In this document: positions 27,820 through 36,658 of the stretch, one piece after another
Position numbering within the stretch: position 1 is the first letter of the stretch
How the letters are laid out: each line of letters opens with the position of its first letter
NCBI GenBank assembly: GCA_043757865.1
Contig: JAYVOP010000077.1
Coordinates: 768-64,767 of the forward strand
Reading direction: 5' to 3'
Origin: Verrucomicrobiales bacterium
GTDB taxonomy: Bacteria; Verrucomicrobiota; Verrucomicrobiia; Verrucomicrobiales; V1-33
Length of the DNA: 64,000 nucleotides
The notes under the pieces: generated by a model
What the model was told of the DNA's origin: nothing
The model's input: the letters and a program-made list of their open reading frames with translations, nothing else
Database searches by the model: none
Translations under genes and position numbers: made by a program

Positions 27820-29862
27820 CTATTTATAAGAGCGCGTGGCGAAACTCATCTCTTGATATTTCAGCCATTCCTTATGCAGTTTAGGATTGGCGAGGTCACC
27901 CGTATATCCCCACGCGGCCACATAGCTGAACAGATCATCGTGCCGCAGCGCCTCGCCTTCGTCCTCATGCTCACTTCGGAAATGCCCGCCACAGCTTTCC
28001 TCACGGGCCAGGGCGTCTCGGCAGAGCAATTCCCCAAACTCCAAGAAGTCCGCCACGCGTCCGGCTAGTTCCACTTCCTTATTAAATGAGTCCCCCGTGC
28101 CTGGCACGCGCAGGTTCGTCCAAAACTCCTCGCGCAACTCGGGCAGTCGTTTCAGGGCTAGGTTCAATGATTCCGTGGTGCGTGCCATCCCGCATTGATT
28201 CCAGATTAGTAAACCTAACTCCCGATGGAAACTGCTCGCGCTACGTTTCCCCTTGATGTTCAGCAGCGCGTTGGTGCGGGCGCGGACCTCCTCCTCCGTG
28301 CGGATGAAGTCAGGATGATCTTCCTTGATTGAGCCGGGCTTCTGCCCTGCGAGGTAATTCGGCAGCGTGGCGGGGATGACGAAATAGCCGTCCGCCAAAC
28401 CCTGCATCAAGGCACTTGCACCGAGGCGATTCGCCCCGTGGTCAGAGAAATTCGCCTCGCCTAACACGTGCAGTCCGGGCAGATTGCTCATCAGATTATA
28501 GTCCACCCACAGGCCGCCCATGGTGTAATGCACGGCGGGGTAGATGCGCATCGGCTGCTTGTAAGCGTTCTCGCCCGTGATCTGTTCATACATGTCGAAG
28601 AGGTTGCCGTATTTCTCTTTCACGATCGCTTCGCCCTTGGCGATGACCAGAGCCCAATCCTTCACGTCGGCCTCATTGCGGATGTGCAGCGCCTCGCGAC
28701 CGTAGCGTTTAATCGCATCTGCGAAATCCAAATAAACGCCTAACCCACCTGGACCCACGCCGCGTTCATCGTCACAGACTTCCTTGGCGGCACGGCTGGC
28801 GATGTCCCGTGGCGCTAAGTTGCCGAAGCTAGGATACTTCCGTTCCAGATAGTAATCCCGATCTTCCTCCCCAATGGAGCGCGGGTCTTTCAAGCCGCTG
28901 ACTTTATCCTTCGGGGCCCAGCAACGGCCATCGTTGCGCAGGGATTCGCTCATCAGCGTCAGTTTGCTTTGATAGTCGCCACTGACCGGAATACACGTGG
29001 GATGGATCTGCGTATAACAAGGATTTGCGAAGTAAGCGCCCCGCTTGTGTGCGCGCCACGTGGCCGTGACATTGCAGCCCATGGCGTTGGTGGAAAGATA
29101 GAAAACATTGCCATAGCCGCCCGTGCACAGCAGCACCGTGTCCCCCGCGTGGCTAGAAATTTTACCCGTTACCAAGTCCCGCACCACGATGCCCTTGGCA
29201 TGACCATCCACCACTACGAGGTCCAGCATTTCCGTGCGCGGATACATCGTCACCCCACCCCGCGCGATCTCTTTGCTCAGCACGGAGTAAGCTCCTAGCA
29301 GCAACTGCTGCCCCGTCTGCCCCGCCGCATAGAACGTCCGCGCCACCTGGGTGCCGCCGAAAGAACGATTCGCTAACAGCCCGCCATATTCGCGCGCCAG
29401 CGGCACGCCCTGGGCCACGCATTGATCAATGATGCCCGCGCTCACTTCCGCGAGCCGATAAACATTGGCCTCCCGGGCCCGGAAATCGCCCCCTTTAATG
29501 GTATCGTAAAATAAGCGATGCACGCTATCCCCATCGTTCTGATAGTTCTTGGCCGCATTGATCCCGCCTTGGGCCGCAATGCTGTGGGCGCGCCGCGGGC
29601 TGTCTTGATAGCAGAAGCATTTCACCTTATATCCTTGCTCAGACAAGGTGGCCGCCGCTGAGGCTCCCGCCAGTCCACTGCCCACCACAATGATGGTATA
29701 TTTCCGTCGATTGGCGGGATTGATGAGCTGGGAATGCGCCTTATGGCTTGCCCATTTCTGCGCCAGCGGACCCGGTGGCACGGCATCGTGCGGGGTGTCG
29801 CTCGTTTTATCGGCGTTCGTTAGGTAACGGTCAGGGGCAATGGATTCGGCTGCGGAGATCAT
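27820..29862 (-). CDS. sdhA: Succinate dehydrogenase/fumarate reductase flavoprotein subunit (long Bacteroidetes/Bacillus-type form). No adjacent Fe-S or cytochrome b subunit gene.
   Basis: '[14 protein letters not shown]', '[14 protein letters not shown]', '[10 protein letters not shown]...[11 protein letters not shown]', '[10 protein letters not shown]', 'SCGGHFRSE'. Confidence 0.9.
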   Translation of the reverse strand: MISAAESIAPDRYLTNADKTSDTPHDAVPPGPLAQKWASHKAHSQLINPANRRKYTIIVVGSGLAGASAAATLSEQGYKVKCFCYQDSPRRAHSIAAQGGINAAKNYQNDGDSVHRLFYDTIKGGDFRAREANVYRLAEVSAGIIDQCVAQGVPLAREYGGLLANRSFGGTQVARTFYAAGQTGQQLLLGAYSVLSKEIARGGVTMYPRTEMLDLVVVDGHAKGIVVRDLVTGKISSHAGDTVLLCTGGYGNVFYLSTNAMGCNVTATWRAHKRGAYFANPCYTQIHPTCIPVSGDYQSKLTLMSESLRNDGRCWAPKDKVSGLKDPRSIGEEDRDYYLERKYPSFGNLAPRDIASRAAKEVCDDERGVGPGGLGVYLDFADAIKRYGREALHIRNEADVKDWALVIAKGEAIVKEKYGNLFDMYEQITGENAYKQPMRIYPAVHYTMGGLWVDYNLMSNLPGLHVLGEANFSDHGANRLGASALMQGLADGYFVIPATLPNYLAGQKPGSIKEDHPDFIRTEEEVRARTNALLNIKGKRSASSFHRELGLLIWNQCGMARTTESLNLALKRLPELREEFWTNLRVPGTGDSFNKEVELAGRVADFLEFGELLCRDALAREESCGGHFRSEHEDEGEALRHDDLFSYVAAWGYTGDLANPKLHKEWLKYQEMSFATRSYK

Positions 29863-29954
29863 GGTCCTGCGGCTCTATAGGCAACGTCTGGAAATGCAAG
29901 TGGCGGCTCCATTTCCTGCGTGACTTTGCCGGACGCTGTGGGAGGGTGCACCTC

Positions 29955-30170
29955 ATGCCCTCAGCACCCCCAGTTCCCGTTGGCACCGCCGCCGCTTCGC
30001 AGTCTCTCGCTCTAGCGCGCGCGGCGCTGGAACGCTACCGCACACGGTGCTTTTGGTTCCTGGCACCTGACTTCCGGGTGGAGGAATCCACCCTGCCCAT
30101 CATCATCGCTGGCCTCCGCCGTCATGGAGATCGCGCGGCGTTCCAGCTCGCTGCTCAGTTATGCCGCTAA
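29955..30170 (+). CDS. Small (71-aa) hypothetical protein overlapping the start of the AbiEii-like gene; candidate cognate antitoxin or partner.
   Basis: ATG at 29955 is preceded by ggaggg (29941-46). 10-nt overlap (atgccgctaa) with the next gene. No wHTH or AbiEi-like features seen. Confidence 0.4.
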   Translation: MPSAPPVPVGTAAASQSLALARAALERYRTRCFWFLAPDFRVEESTLPIIIAGLRRHGDRAAFQLAAQLCR

Positions 30171-30958
30171 CGAAATTTCAACGCGAAGTCTTTGCCACCC
30201 TCCGTCGCAGCCGCAGCCCGGATAGCTTCGTTTTTGGAGCCACAGTTTTAAATGCTACTGAGGAGACGCCGCGTTACTCACGGGACATCGACCTGTGCCA
30301 TGACACGGAAACCGCCGTAGCCGAATCCGCTCTAGTGGACGAAGCAGCACTGACTGCCGCAGGCTACCACGTAACCTGGCAACTCCGCCAGCCGCTCTTC
30401 CAGCGGGCCACGATTACCCGTGAGGACGGCAGCGTTAAACTAGAGTGGGCCTTTGACTCCGCCTTCCGCTTCTACCCCGTGGAGGCCGATGCAGAACTAG
30501 GCTGGCGACTCCACTTTGCCGATGCGGCCACCAACAAACTATTGGCGCTCTCTGGCCGGGCCGAGCCTCGGGATTTCGTGGACGCCATTTATCTCCACGA
30601 GACTTACCTCTCGCTAGGCACCTTGGCGTGGGCCGCAGCGGGCAAGGATGAGGGGTTGAATCCTCGCCTCATTCTGGACCTAGCAGATCGCTTTGCCCGC
30701 TATCGCCAAGCAGACATTGATTCGCTGCATCTCACCACGCCGCTCAGCCTAACCGAATTGAAGGCCAAATGGAGCCAAGCAATCGAGCATGGGCGGCACT
30801 TTGTGGAGCAGTTGCCTGCAGAGGAGGTCGGCTGCCTCTACCTTCATCCACAGACTCACCGACCCTCCGATCCGCTCCCGGGATCAGCGGAATTTAGCTC
30901 CCTAATTCGCCATCAAGGCATCGTGGGTGGCTCCTGGCCAGCCCTGGCAAATTTTTAA
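30161..30958 (+). CDS. AbiEii/AbiGii-type nucleotidyltransferase (DUF1814-like) toxin-family protein.
   Basis: 'FVFGATVLNA...PRYSRDIDLCHD' (NTase G-x-(S/T) and DxD region) and 'ATNKLLALSGRAEPRDFVDAIYL' match my memory of the AbiEii family pattern. Confidence 0.65.
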   Translation: MPLTKFQREVFATLRRSRSPDSFVFGATVLNATEETPRYSRDIDLCHDTETAVAESALVDEAALTAAGYHVTWQLRQPLFQRATITREDGSVKLEWAFDSAFRFYPVEADAELGWRLHFADAATNKLLALSGRAEPRDFVDAIYLHETYLSLGTLAWAAAGKDEGLNPRLILDLADRFARYRQADIDSLHLTTPLSLTELKAKWSQAIEHGRHFVEQLPAEEVGCLYLHPQTHRPSDPLPGSAEFSSLIRHQGIVGGSWPALANF

Positions 30959-31058
30959 CAGCCTCATTTCCACGGCCGTCGCGTCGCGCTCGGGCAGATG
31001 CTAAATGGGCCCCAGGATTGTAATCGCTAGCATGTCGTTTGCGTGGCACGTCTGCGTC

Positions 31059-31538
31059 ATGCCCCTCGTGGATAAATTAGAACGCATTGGTGTGCTGTTG
31101 CAAAACGGCCTGTTGTCGCCCAGAGAATATCATCAAGCTAAAGCGCAGTTACTGCCTTACCGCCCTGCCGAAGCCCAACGCCAGAAGCTGCGCCAAGAAT
31201 TAGCGCACGCCGAACAAGTGTTCCGTTGCGTGCGTCACCACTGCCTCGTGTCCGATGGCCAAGCGGGCTATCGCGAACCCCGCTGGACGTATCTCTATGG
31301 GCTCGGCACGCTCGCCTTGTTGTGGGTTACGCTGGGAATGTTGGTCATCACGGGCTTCCGCGGGTTGCTGCCTTTCCTAACAGTATTTCCTTGCGCTACG
31401 TTTCTCATCGGATTGCTCTTCATCGTGCGTTCCATGTTCACGCATGCACATAAGATCACGCGGTTGGCAGCGGCTCAGCGGCAGTGGGAAAGGCGGTATC
31501 AGGAGCTTCATCAGCAGTTGAAAAAGCTGGGTGCGTAA
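31059..31538 (+). CDS. Membrane protein with an N-terminal SHOCT-like motif and two TM helices.
   Basis: 'VDKLERIGVLLQNGLLSPREYHQAKAQLL' (SHOCT-like). TM segments 'LGTLALLWVTLGMLVITGF' and 'FPCATFLIGLLFIV'. Confidence 0.5.
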   Translation: MPLVDKLERIGVLLQNGLLSPREYHQAKAQLLPYRPAEAQRQKLRQELAHAEQVFRCVRHHCLVSDGQAGYREPRWTYLYGLGTLALLWVTLGMLVITGFRGLLPFLTVFPCATFLIGLLFIVRSMFTHAHKITRLAAAQRQWERRYQELHQQLKKLGA

Positions 31539-31548
31539 GGCCGAATTT

Positions 31549-32481
31549 CTATGCCCGTGGGTGGGCTTTATCATAGACCTGCTGCATCCGCTCTGTGGAG
31601 ACGTAGGTATAGATCTGGGTGGTGCTGAGGCTGCTATGGCCCAGCAGTTCTTGGACGCTGCGGAGGTCCGCGCCATTGTTCAGTAAATGGGTGGCAAAGC
31701 TGTGGCGGAGCTTGTGCGGCGTGCCGCGGATGGGGATGGTGGAGGCCCGGAGATATTTGTCTAGCACATCGCCAATGGCTTGGGTGGTGATGCGGGTGCG
31801 CAGCTTGCTAATGAAGAGCGGCCCTTCATGCACGGTGGCTTGTTGGCGGTAGTGTTGCAGGGCGCGCACGGCATGGCTGCCGAGATGGCAGAAGCGTTCT
31901 TTACCCCCTTTGCCTAACACGCGCAGGGTGTCGTGGTAGATGTCGTAGTCTTTGATATTAAGATTCGCTAGTTCGTGCAGGCGCAGGCCGGTGGAATAGA
32001 ACGTTTCTAGGATGGCGGCATCCCGCGCGCCCGCCCAGACGGGGGCTTGGGCGGGTTGCGCGTGGGTTAGCGGCAGGGCTAGCAGTTCCTCGATCTGTTG
32101 CAGCGTTAGCACCACGGGCAGCTTCTTTTCCAGCTTGGGGAGTTGCACTTCTACCAGCGGATTCAACGCTAGGCCGTGGCGGCGGGTGAGGTATTTAAAG
32201 AAGCTCCGCAGGGCCGCAAAATGCAGCCGGATGGTGGCCCGACCCAGCTCCCGTTTCATCAGGAGAAAGAGATAGGCACGGAAATCATCTGCCGTGATGG
32301 TGCGCCAATCCGTGAGGCGCGGGCACTGGCGACGGAACTCTGCCAGTGCGTGGGCGTAGTTTCCTAACGTGTTAGCAGCACTGTTGCGCTCCACGCTTTG
32401 GAACTCCAGGAATGCCTCTACCAGTGGGTCTGGCGGGGGCTTTACGGCGGGCGGAGCGGGGGCATTACGGCGGGCGGGCAT
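31549..32481 (-). CDS. Tyrosine recombinase, XerC/XerD type.
   Basis: Internal ATG (MPARRNAP...). 'ARDAAILETFYSTGLRLHELANL', 'LGKGGKER', 'HKLRHSFATHLL..GADLRSVQELLGHSSLSTTQIYT' (R-H-R-Y catalytic set). Confidence 0.85.
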   Translation of the reverse strand: MPARRNAPAPPAVKPPPDPLVEAFLEFQSVERNSAANTLGNYAHALAEFRRQCPRLTDWRTITADDFRAYLFLLMKRELGRATIRLHFAALRSFFKYLTRRHGLALNPLVEVQLPKLEKKLPVVLTLQQIEELLALPLTHAQPAQAPVWAGARDAAILETFYSTGLRLHELANLNIKDYDIYHDTLRVLGKGGKERFCHLGSHAVRALQHYRQQATVHEGPLFISKLRTRITTQAIGDVLDKYLRASTIPIRGTPHKLRHSFATHLLNNGADLRSVQELLGHSSLSTTQIYTYVSTERMQQVYDKAHPRA

Positions 32482-32544
32482 GGGCCGCAGATTGGCCTCA
32501 GAAAAGCACATGCACAACTCCGATCTCCCCCTCAAGCTGCGCGC

Positions 32545-33777
32545 ATGATCCGCCCTCTCTCCCTTCTCTGCTGCTTGACCAGTGCTAGCTTTAGCCCAGC
32601 CGCCGCCATCCCTGTAAAACTCGATCCCGCCCAAGGTTTGCTGCGGGATGGGAAACCTTATTTCATCAAAGGTGGCGGCGGGGAAACGCACTTGGTAGAG
32701 CTAGCTGCAGCGGGCGGCAACTCCCTGCGCACCTGGGGGCCGGAGGCCCTGGCGCAGCTTCTCCCGGCAGCAGAGAAACTGCATCTCACTGTTAGTGCTG
32801 GTATCTGGCTCGAGTCTGAGTGCGCTTGGTTTTCCTATCACAACGCCGAGCACTGCCAACGCCAAGCGGATCGTGTGCAAGCGATCGTCCAGCAACACCA
32901 CGAGGCCCCCGCGCTGCTGGCCTGGGGCCTGGGCAATGAAATGGAAGGCGATGGCAAGAACGCCGATCTCTGGAGGCAGCTAAATCGGCTCGTGGAAATG
33001 GTCCACAGGCTGGACCCCGCTCATCCCACCTTTACCTCCCTAGCCGGCATGACGGCGGATAAAGCGGCTGGGCTTAACGAGCATACGCCATTGTTAGACT
33101 TCGTGGGCATCAACACCTATGGCGGTCTGTTCAGCCTGGGCAAAGGGCTGGAGAAACAACACTGGACGCGGCCGTATGCCGTCACGGAATACGGAGCGCA
33201 AGGATTTTGGGAAACCGGCAAAGCCGTGTGGGGTGCGCCCTTAGAGCAAACCAGCCAGCAGAAAGCAGACATGCTAGCGAAAGCCTACTCCGCCGCCATC
33301 GCCCCCGCAGGAGCCTGTTTGGGCGGCTATCTTTTCTTTTGGGGCCACAAGCAGGAAGCCACCAGCACGTGGTTCAGCCTCTACACCCTGGATGGGGAAA
33401 GCACGGCCAGCGTGGACACCATCCAGCGGCTCTGGACGGGCCATGCGCCTGCCAATACCGCCCCGGTGTTGAAATCCCTCACCAGCCCCTCCGCCGCGCA
33501 GATCGTTCGCCCGCAAGCCACCATCCAGGCCACCGTCAGTGCCACTGATCCAGAGGGAGATCCGCTCACCTACCGCTGGCAGATCCTCAATGAAGAGACC
33601 ACGCGCGACGAGCACCAGCATGAACGCCCAGCGGAAATATTATCGAGCCAAGTCCATGGCTCCGCCCAGGTAGATCTCATGGCCCCGAGCCGTCCCGGGA
33701 AATACCGCGTCATGGTCTATGCCCTGGATGGCCACGGTCATGCGGGCACGGCAAATTTTCCGATCCAGGTAAAATAA
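32545..33777 (+). CDS. Secreted glycoside hydrolase, clan GH-A TIM-barrel type, with a C-terminal Ig-like domain (family not resolved).
   Basis: Signal peptide MIRPLSLLCCLTSASFSPAAA. 'GGNSLRTWG', 'LLAWGLGNEMEG' (Asn-Glu acid/base context), 'YAVTEYG'. C-terminal 'SATDPEGDPLTYRWQI'. Confidence 0.55.
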   Translation: MIRPLSLLCCLTSASFSPAAAIPVKLDPAQGLLRDGKPYFIKGGGGETHLVELAAAGGNSLRTWGPEALAQLLPAAEKLHLTVSAGIWLESECAWFSYHNAEHCQRQADRVQAIVQQHHEAPALLAWGLGNEMEGDGKNADLWRQLNRLVEMVHRLDPAHPTFTSLAGMTADKAAGLNEHTPLLDFVGINTYGGLFSLGKGLEKQHWTRPYAVTEYGAQGFWETGKAVWGAPLEQTSQQKADMLAKAYSAAIAPAGACLGGYLFFWGHKQEATSTWFSLYTLDGESTASVDTIQRLWTGHAPANTAPVLKSLTSPSAAQIVRPQATIQATVSATDPEGDPLTYRWQILNEETTRDEHQHERPAEILSSQVHGSAQVDLMAPSRPGKYRVMVYALDGHGHAGTANFPIQVK

Positions 33778-33817
33778 GATTTGTCCCGCCCGCGCATTCT
33801 TGCTCCACTGCCGCACC

Positions 33818-34759
33818 ATGAAATACCGCCCTACCTCACTCGCCATTTTCCTAGTCGCACCCGCGCTAGCACACGCCAAGCCCGCGCCCCGCACCAGCGG
33901 CACCATGTATCTAGAGGAACCGCCTGCCCGCCCGGGCTTGCTAGATCAAAAGCCCGCCTCGCCCGCTGCCACTAGCCCCGGCTTGCTAGACTGGCTGCAT
34001 TGGCGCAGCAAGGCCCCCGCGCCCGCGACCGTGGCTCCCACGCCACCGCCTGTGCCTGTAAAAGTTTCCAAACCAAAGGTCAAAGCTGCCGCCGCCCCAC
34101 CGCCGCCGTCTGCGCCTGCACTGGAGAAAAAGCGCTGGTTCAGTTTCTTCCAACGTAAACCCGCCGCCGCTTCAGCCCCCGTCAAGCCAGAGCCGTCCGC
34201 CAAACTAGCCAAATCCAAACCCACGCCACCAGCCACTACTCCCGCGCCCGAACCTAAGCCAGAAGCGGCTCCAAAGCTCGGCTTCTTCGCCCGACTCTTC
34301 GGCGGCAAGGCTGGCCAGGACGAGGAAAGGAGCGAGATGGACAAGGCCAATCGCCCACCGCGTCCCGCCGACTGGGAAAGTAAATTTGTCGTTAGCATGG
34401 ACCACGTGGAAGCCTTCCGCTTCGGCCCGTCTGGCAGCCATGGCGCGGATAAAATCTTGAATCGCGGCACGGTGGTGACCATGAAAAAGCATGGCCGCGC
34501 GTGGGCGGAAGTGGAGGTAGAAGACGGCCACGTATACACTGTAGGCGCAGATCAAGTACGTGCGGCCAAGGAATCGGACTTCGCCCCACCGCCGCCAGTG
34601 ATCTTGCCCGCCGCCCAGCCAGCGGGCGGTCCTAACTCTAGCTTGATGATCGATCCCCTGCCCGTAGATGATCTGCCCTCCGTGCCGCAGTCTAGCAAAC
34701 CCGCGCAACAGGCTAATGAACTCCTCACGCCCGCGCTGCCCGCGCTGCCACCGCAATGA
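33818..34759 (+). CDS. Secreted Pro/Ala-rich protein with a C-terminal SH3b-like domain.
   Basis: Signal peptide MKYRPTSLAIFLVAPALAHA, long PAPK-rich low-complexity region, and 'GTVVTMKKHGRAWAEVEVEDGHVYTVGADQV'. Confidence 0.55.
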   Translation: MKYRPTSLAIFLVAPALAHAKPAPRTSGTMYLEEPPARPGLLDQKPASPAATSPGLLDWLHWRSKAPAPATVAPTPPPVPVKVSKPKVKAAAAPPPPSAPALEKKRWFSFFQRKPAAASAPVKPEPSAKLAKSKPTPPATTPAPEPKPEAAPKLGFFARLFGGKAGQDEERSEMDKANRPPRPADWESKFVVSMDHVEAFRFGPSGSHGADKILNRGTVVTMKKHGRAWAEVEVEDGHVYTVGADQVRAAKESDFAPPPPVILPAAQPAGGPNSSLMIDPLPVDDLPSVPQSSKPAQQANELLTPALPALPPQ

Positions 34760-35505
34760 AATGCTGGTGGCTGCTCAGTGGCTTGCTTGGCCTCACGACC
34801 GCTAGCGCGCAGCTCCCGGCCACGGTCCGCCAACTCATCGTCACCACCACGGAGGGCTGGAACACGCACCACGGCAGCCTCCTCACCTATAGCCGCACGA
34901 AGGACGGCGGGCCCTGGAAACTGGCTAGCCCTAACGCCACCCCGGTCTTGCTAGGGAAAGATGGCCTTGCCTGGGGACGCGGCCTCCTGCCCGTGCCGCA
35001 TGGGGAAAACGGCATCCCCTCCAAGACCGAGCGGGATGGCCGCGCGCCCGCCGGTTGCTTCGCGTTAGGACAACTTTTCGGCTATGCCGCGCAACCGCCG
35101 GAGCAGTTGCATTTCCCCTACTACCAAGTCACCGCCAAAGATTGCTGGATCGACGATCCCACGCATCCCGCCTACAACCGCCACGTCGTCGTAGATCTCC
35201 AGCGCCTGCCGGATTGGTATGCCAAACAGCACATGCGGCTAGGAGATTTCGCCTATGAATACCTGCTAGAGATCCGTCACAATGCCGCCCCGCCTCAAGT
35301 GGGCGCAGGCAGCGCCATCTTCTTCCACATCCGCCGCGGGCCAGACCGCCCCACCGCTGGTTGCACCACCATGGCCCGCCCCGCTTTGCTCAGCCTCATT
35401 CATTGGCTCTCCGCAGACGCCGCTCCCCACTACGTCCTCCTCCCTCGCAGCGCCTATGCCGCCCGCCTCCAGTCCTGGGGCCTCCCCTCACTACCCGCGC
35501 CCTAG
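34756..35505 (+). CDS. L,D-transpeptidase-fold (YkuD-like) periplasmic protein.
   Basis: ATGA overlap with the upstream gene. Signal peptide MKCWWLLSGLLGLTTASA. 'GSAIFFHIRRG...PTAGCTTMARPALLSLIHWL' (His...Cys catalytic context). Confidence 0.65.
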   Translation: MKCWWLLSGLLGLTTASAQLPATVRQLIVTTTEGWNTHHGSLLTYSRTKDGGPWKLASPNATPVLLGKDGLAWGRGLLPVPHGENGIPSKTERDGRAPAGCFALGQLFGYAAQPPEQLHFPYYQVTAKDCWIDDPTHPAYNRHVVVDLQRLPDWYAKQHMRLGDFAYEYLLEIRHNAAPPQVGAGSAIFFHIRRGPDRPTAGCTTMARPALLSLIHWLSADAAPHYVLLPRSAYAARLQSWGLPSLPAP

Positions 35506-35622
35506 CCCAAGTGGCGCGAAGCCGCTCAAAGGTGGTGCGAGGCTGCCGCCGAACATTTCGTGACCATCAACATTGGAATTCAGAGAAAGTCCACCTAGTG
35601 ATATTCGGTCCTCCTCGCAGCG

Positions 35623-36642
35623 TTATCCCCGCGGATGCGGCAGCGGGGGATTCGGCCACTGCTGGGCCACGATCTCGGTGATGGCCACGGCGGGGGGATA
35701 GGTGGTGGTGTTTAAAATATGCAGTTTCACTACCCAATGCAGCGCTACCTGACTGTTAGGCAGTGCCGCTAGGATCGTCTGACCCACGGGATCCGCTGCT
35801 GTAAAACACGCCCCCGCCACCGGCTGCGGACTCCCTAAATGCAGCCGCACCGCACGTCCCACGTCCTCACGCGGCAGGCCCGTTTCCTCGAACCACGATG
35901 GCACTAACACGCTCTGCGGGCAGGCTTCGATCTCCATGGGCCAAGCGATTCCTGGGGGCACGCTCTGGCCGGCTAACAGGGCTGTCCATAGCGTGGCATA
36001 GACATTGGAATACGATTCCCAGTCCATCCGCCAACCTTCGGGCGTTTGCTCCAGCAAGACATGGCGCACGCCCGTGGTAGTTAGGAGCCGCAGTGTGGCG
36101 GTGGGCAGCGGCAGCGCCAGATCGATGATTTCCTGATCCACGCCCGTTACCACGCGGCTCGTGAACCCCTGCGGATGGTGGGCGTAATACCACTCTAGCA
36201 ATGGCCGGACGCGCTGAGCCGCGCGCACGTGGGGAAGCATGTGTTCCCAGTCCGGTGCTTCCAGCGCGGCCTTGGCGCTGGCGTAGGCGGCTTGGAGTTG
36301 GCTCTTCTCTGGCGTGGGCTCCGCACCTGCTACCTCCGCTAGCGCGCCTCCATGGCTACTCAGATGTAACCTCCACAGCAACAGCCCAGCCACGATAGCG
36401 ATGCCGATCCCAAATTTAATCAGCCACCCTAACTGCTGACGATGCTGAGTGCTTAGCCTCTCCCGCTTCAGCTCACCTTCCGTCTGCCACTCGTGAATAG
36501 CCAACTCTGGCGGAGGTGCAGCAACTCCATCGTCGATGACGAAATGATGCGCACATCCAGGGCAAATCGTCCGTGCACTAGCATCATTTCCCTGCGGGAG
36601 CAAAGCCGTGTGGCATTGGGGGCAAAGGATAGGTGCCAGCAT
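35623..36642 (-). CDS. Bitopic membrane protein with an N-terminal zinc ribbon; last gene of the dcw-strand block.
   Basis: 'CPQCHTALLP...CPGCAHHF' (CxxC...CxxC), TM 'LIKFGIGIAIVAGLLLW', and a ~230-aa periplasmic region of unknown fold. I prefer the ATG at 36642 because it avoids overlap with murG. Confidence 0.5.
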   Translation of the reverse strand: MLAPILCPQCHTALLPQGNDASARTICPGCAHHFVIDDGVAAPPPELAIHEWQTEGELKRERLSTQHRQQLGWLIKFGIGIAIVAGLLLWRLHLSSHGGALAEVAGAEPTPEKSQLQAAYASAKAALEAPDWEHMLPHVRAAQRVRPLLEWYYAHHPQGFTSRVVTGVDQEIIDLALPLPTATLRLLTTTGVRHVLLEQTPEGWRMDWESYSNVYATLWTALLAGQSVPPGIAWPMEIEACPQSVLVPSWFEETGLPREDVGRAVRLHLGSPQPVAGACFTAADPVGQTILAALPNSQVALHWVVKLHILNTTTYPPAVAITEIVAQQWPNPPLPHPRG

Positions 36643-36658
36643 GGGAGGGATCGGTAAA

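Noticed and set aside
29863-32544. The idea that AbiEii + SHOCT protein + Xer recombinase form an integrated mobile island.
   Set aside because: The recombinase has the full housekeeping XerC/XerD signature. I found no flanking direct repeats, no tRNA target, no excisionase, and no obvious compositional break by eye. I kept only the TA-like pair as a finding.
33946-34756. Two long minus-strand ORFs (197 and 183 aa) inside the Pro/Ala-rich SH3b-like gene.
   Set aside because: They are shadow ORFs created by the GC/CCG-rich low-complexity region. The plus-strand gene has a signal peptide, an SH3b-like domain and an ATGA coupling to the next gene.
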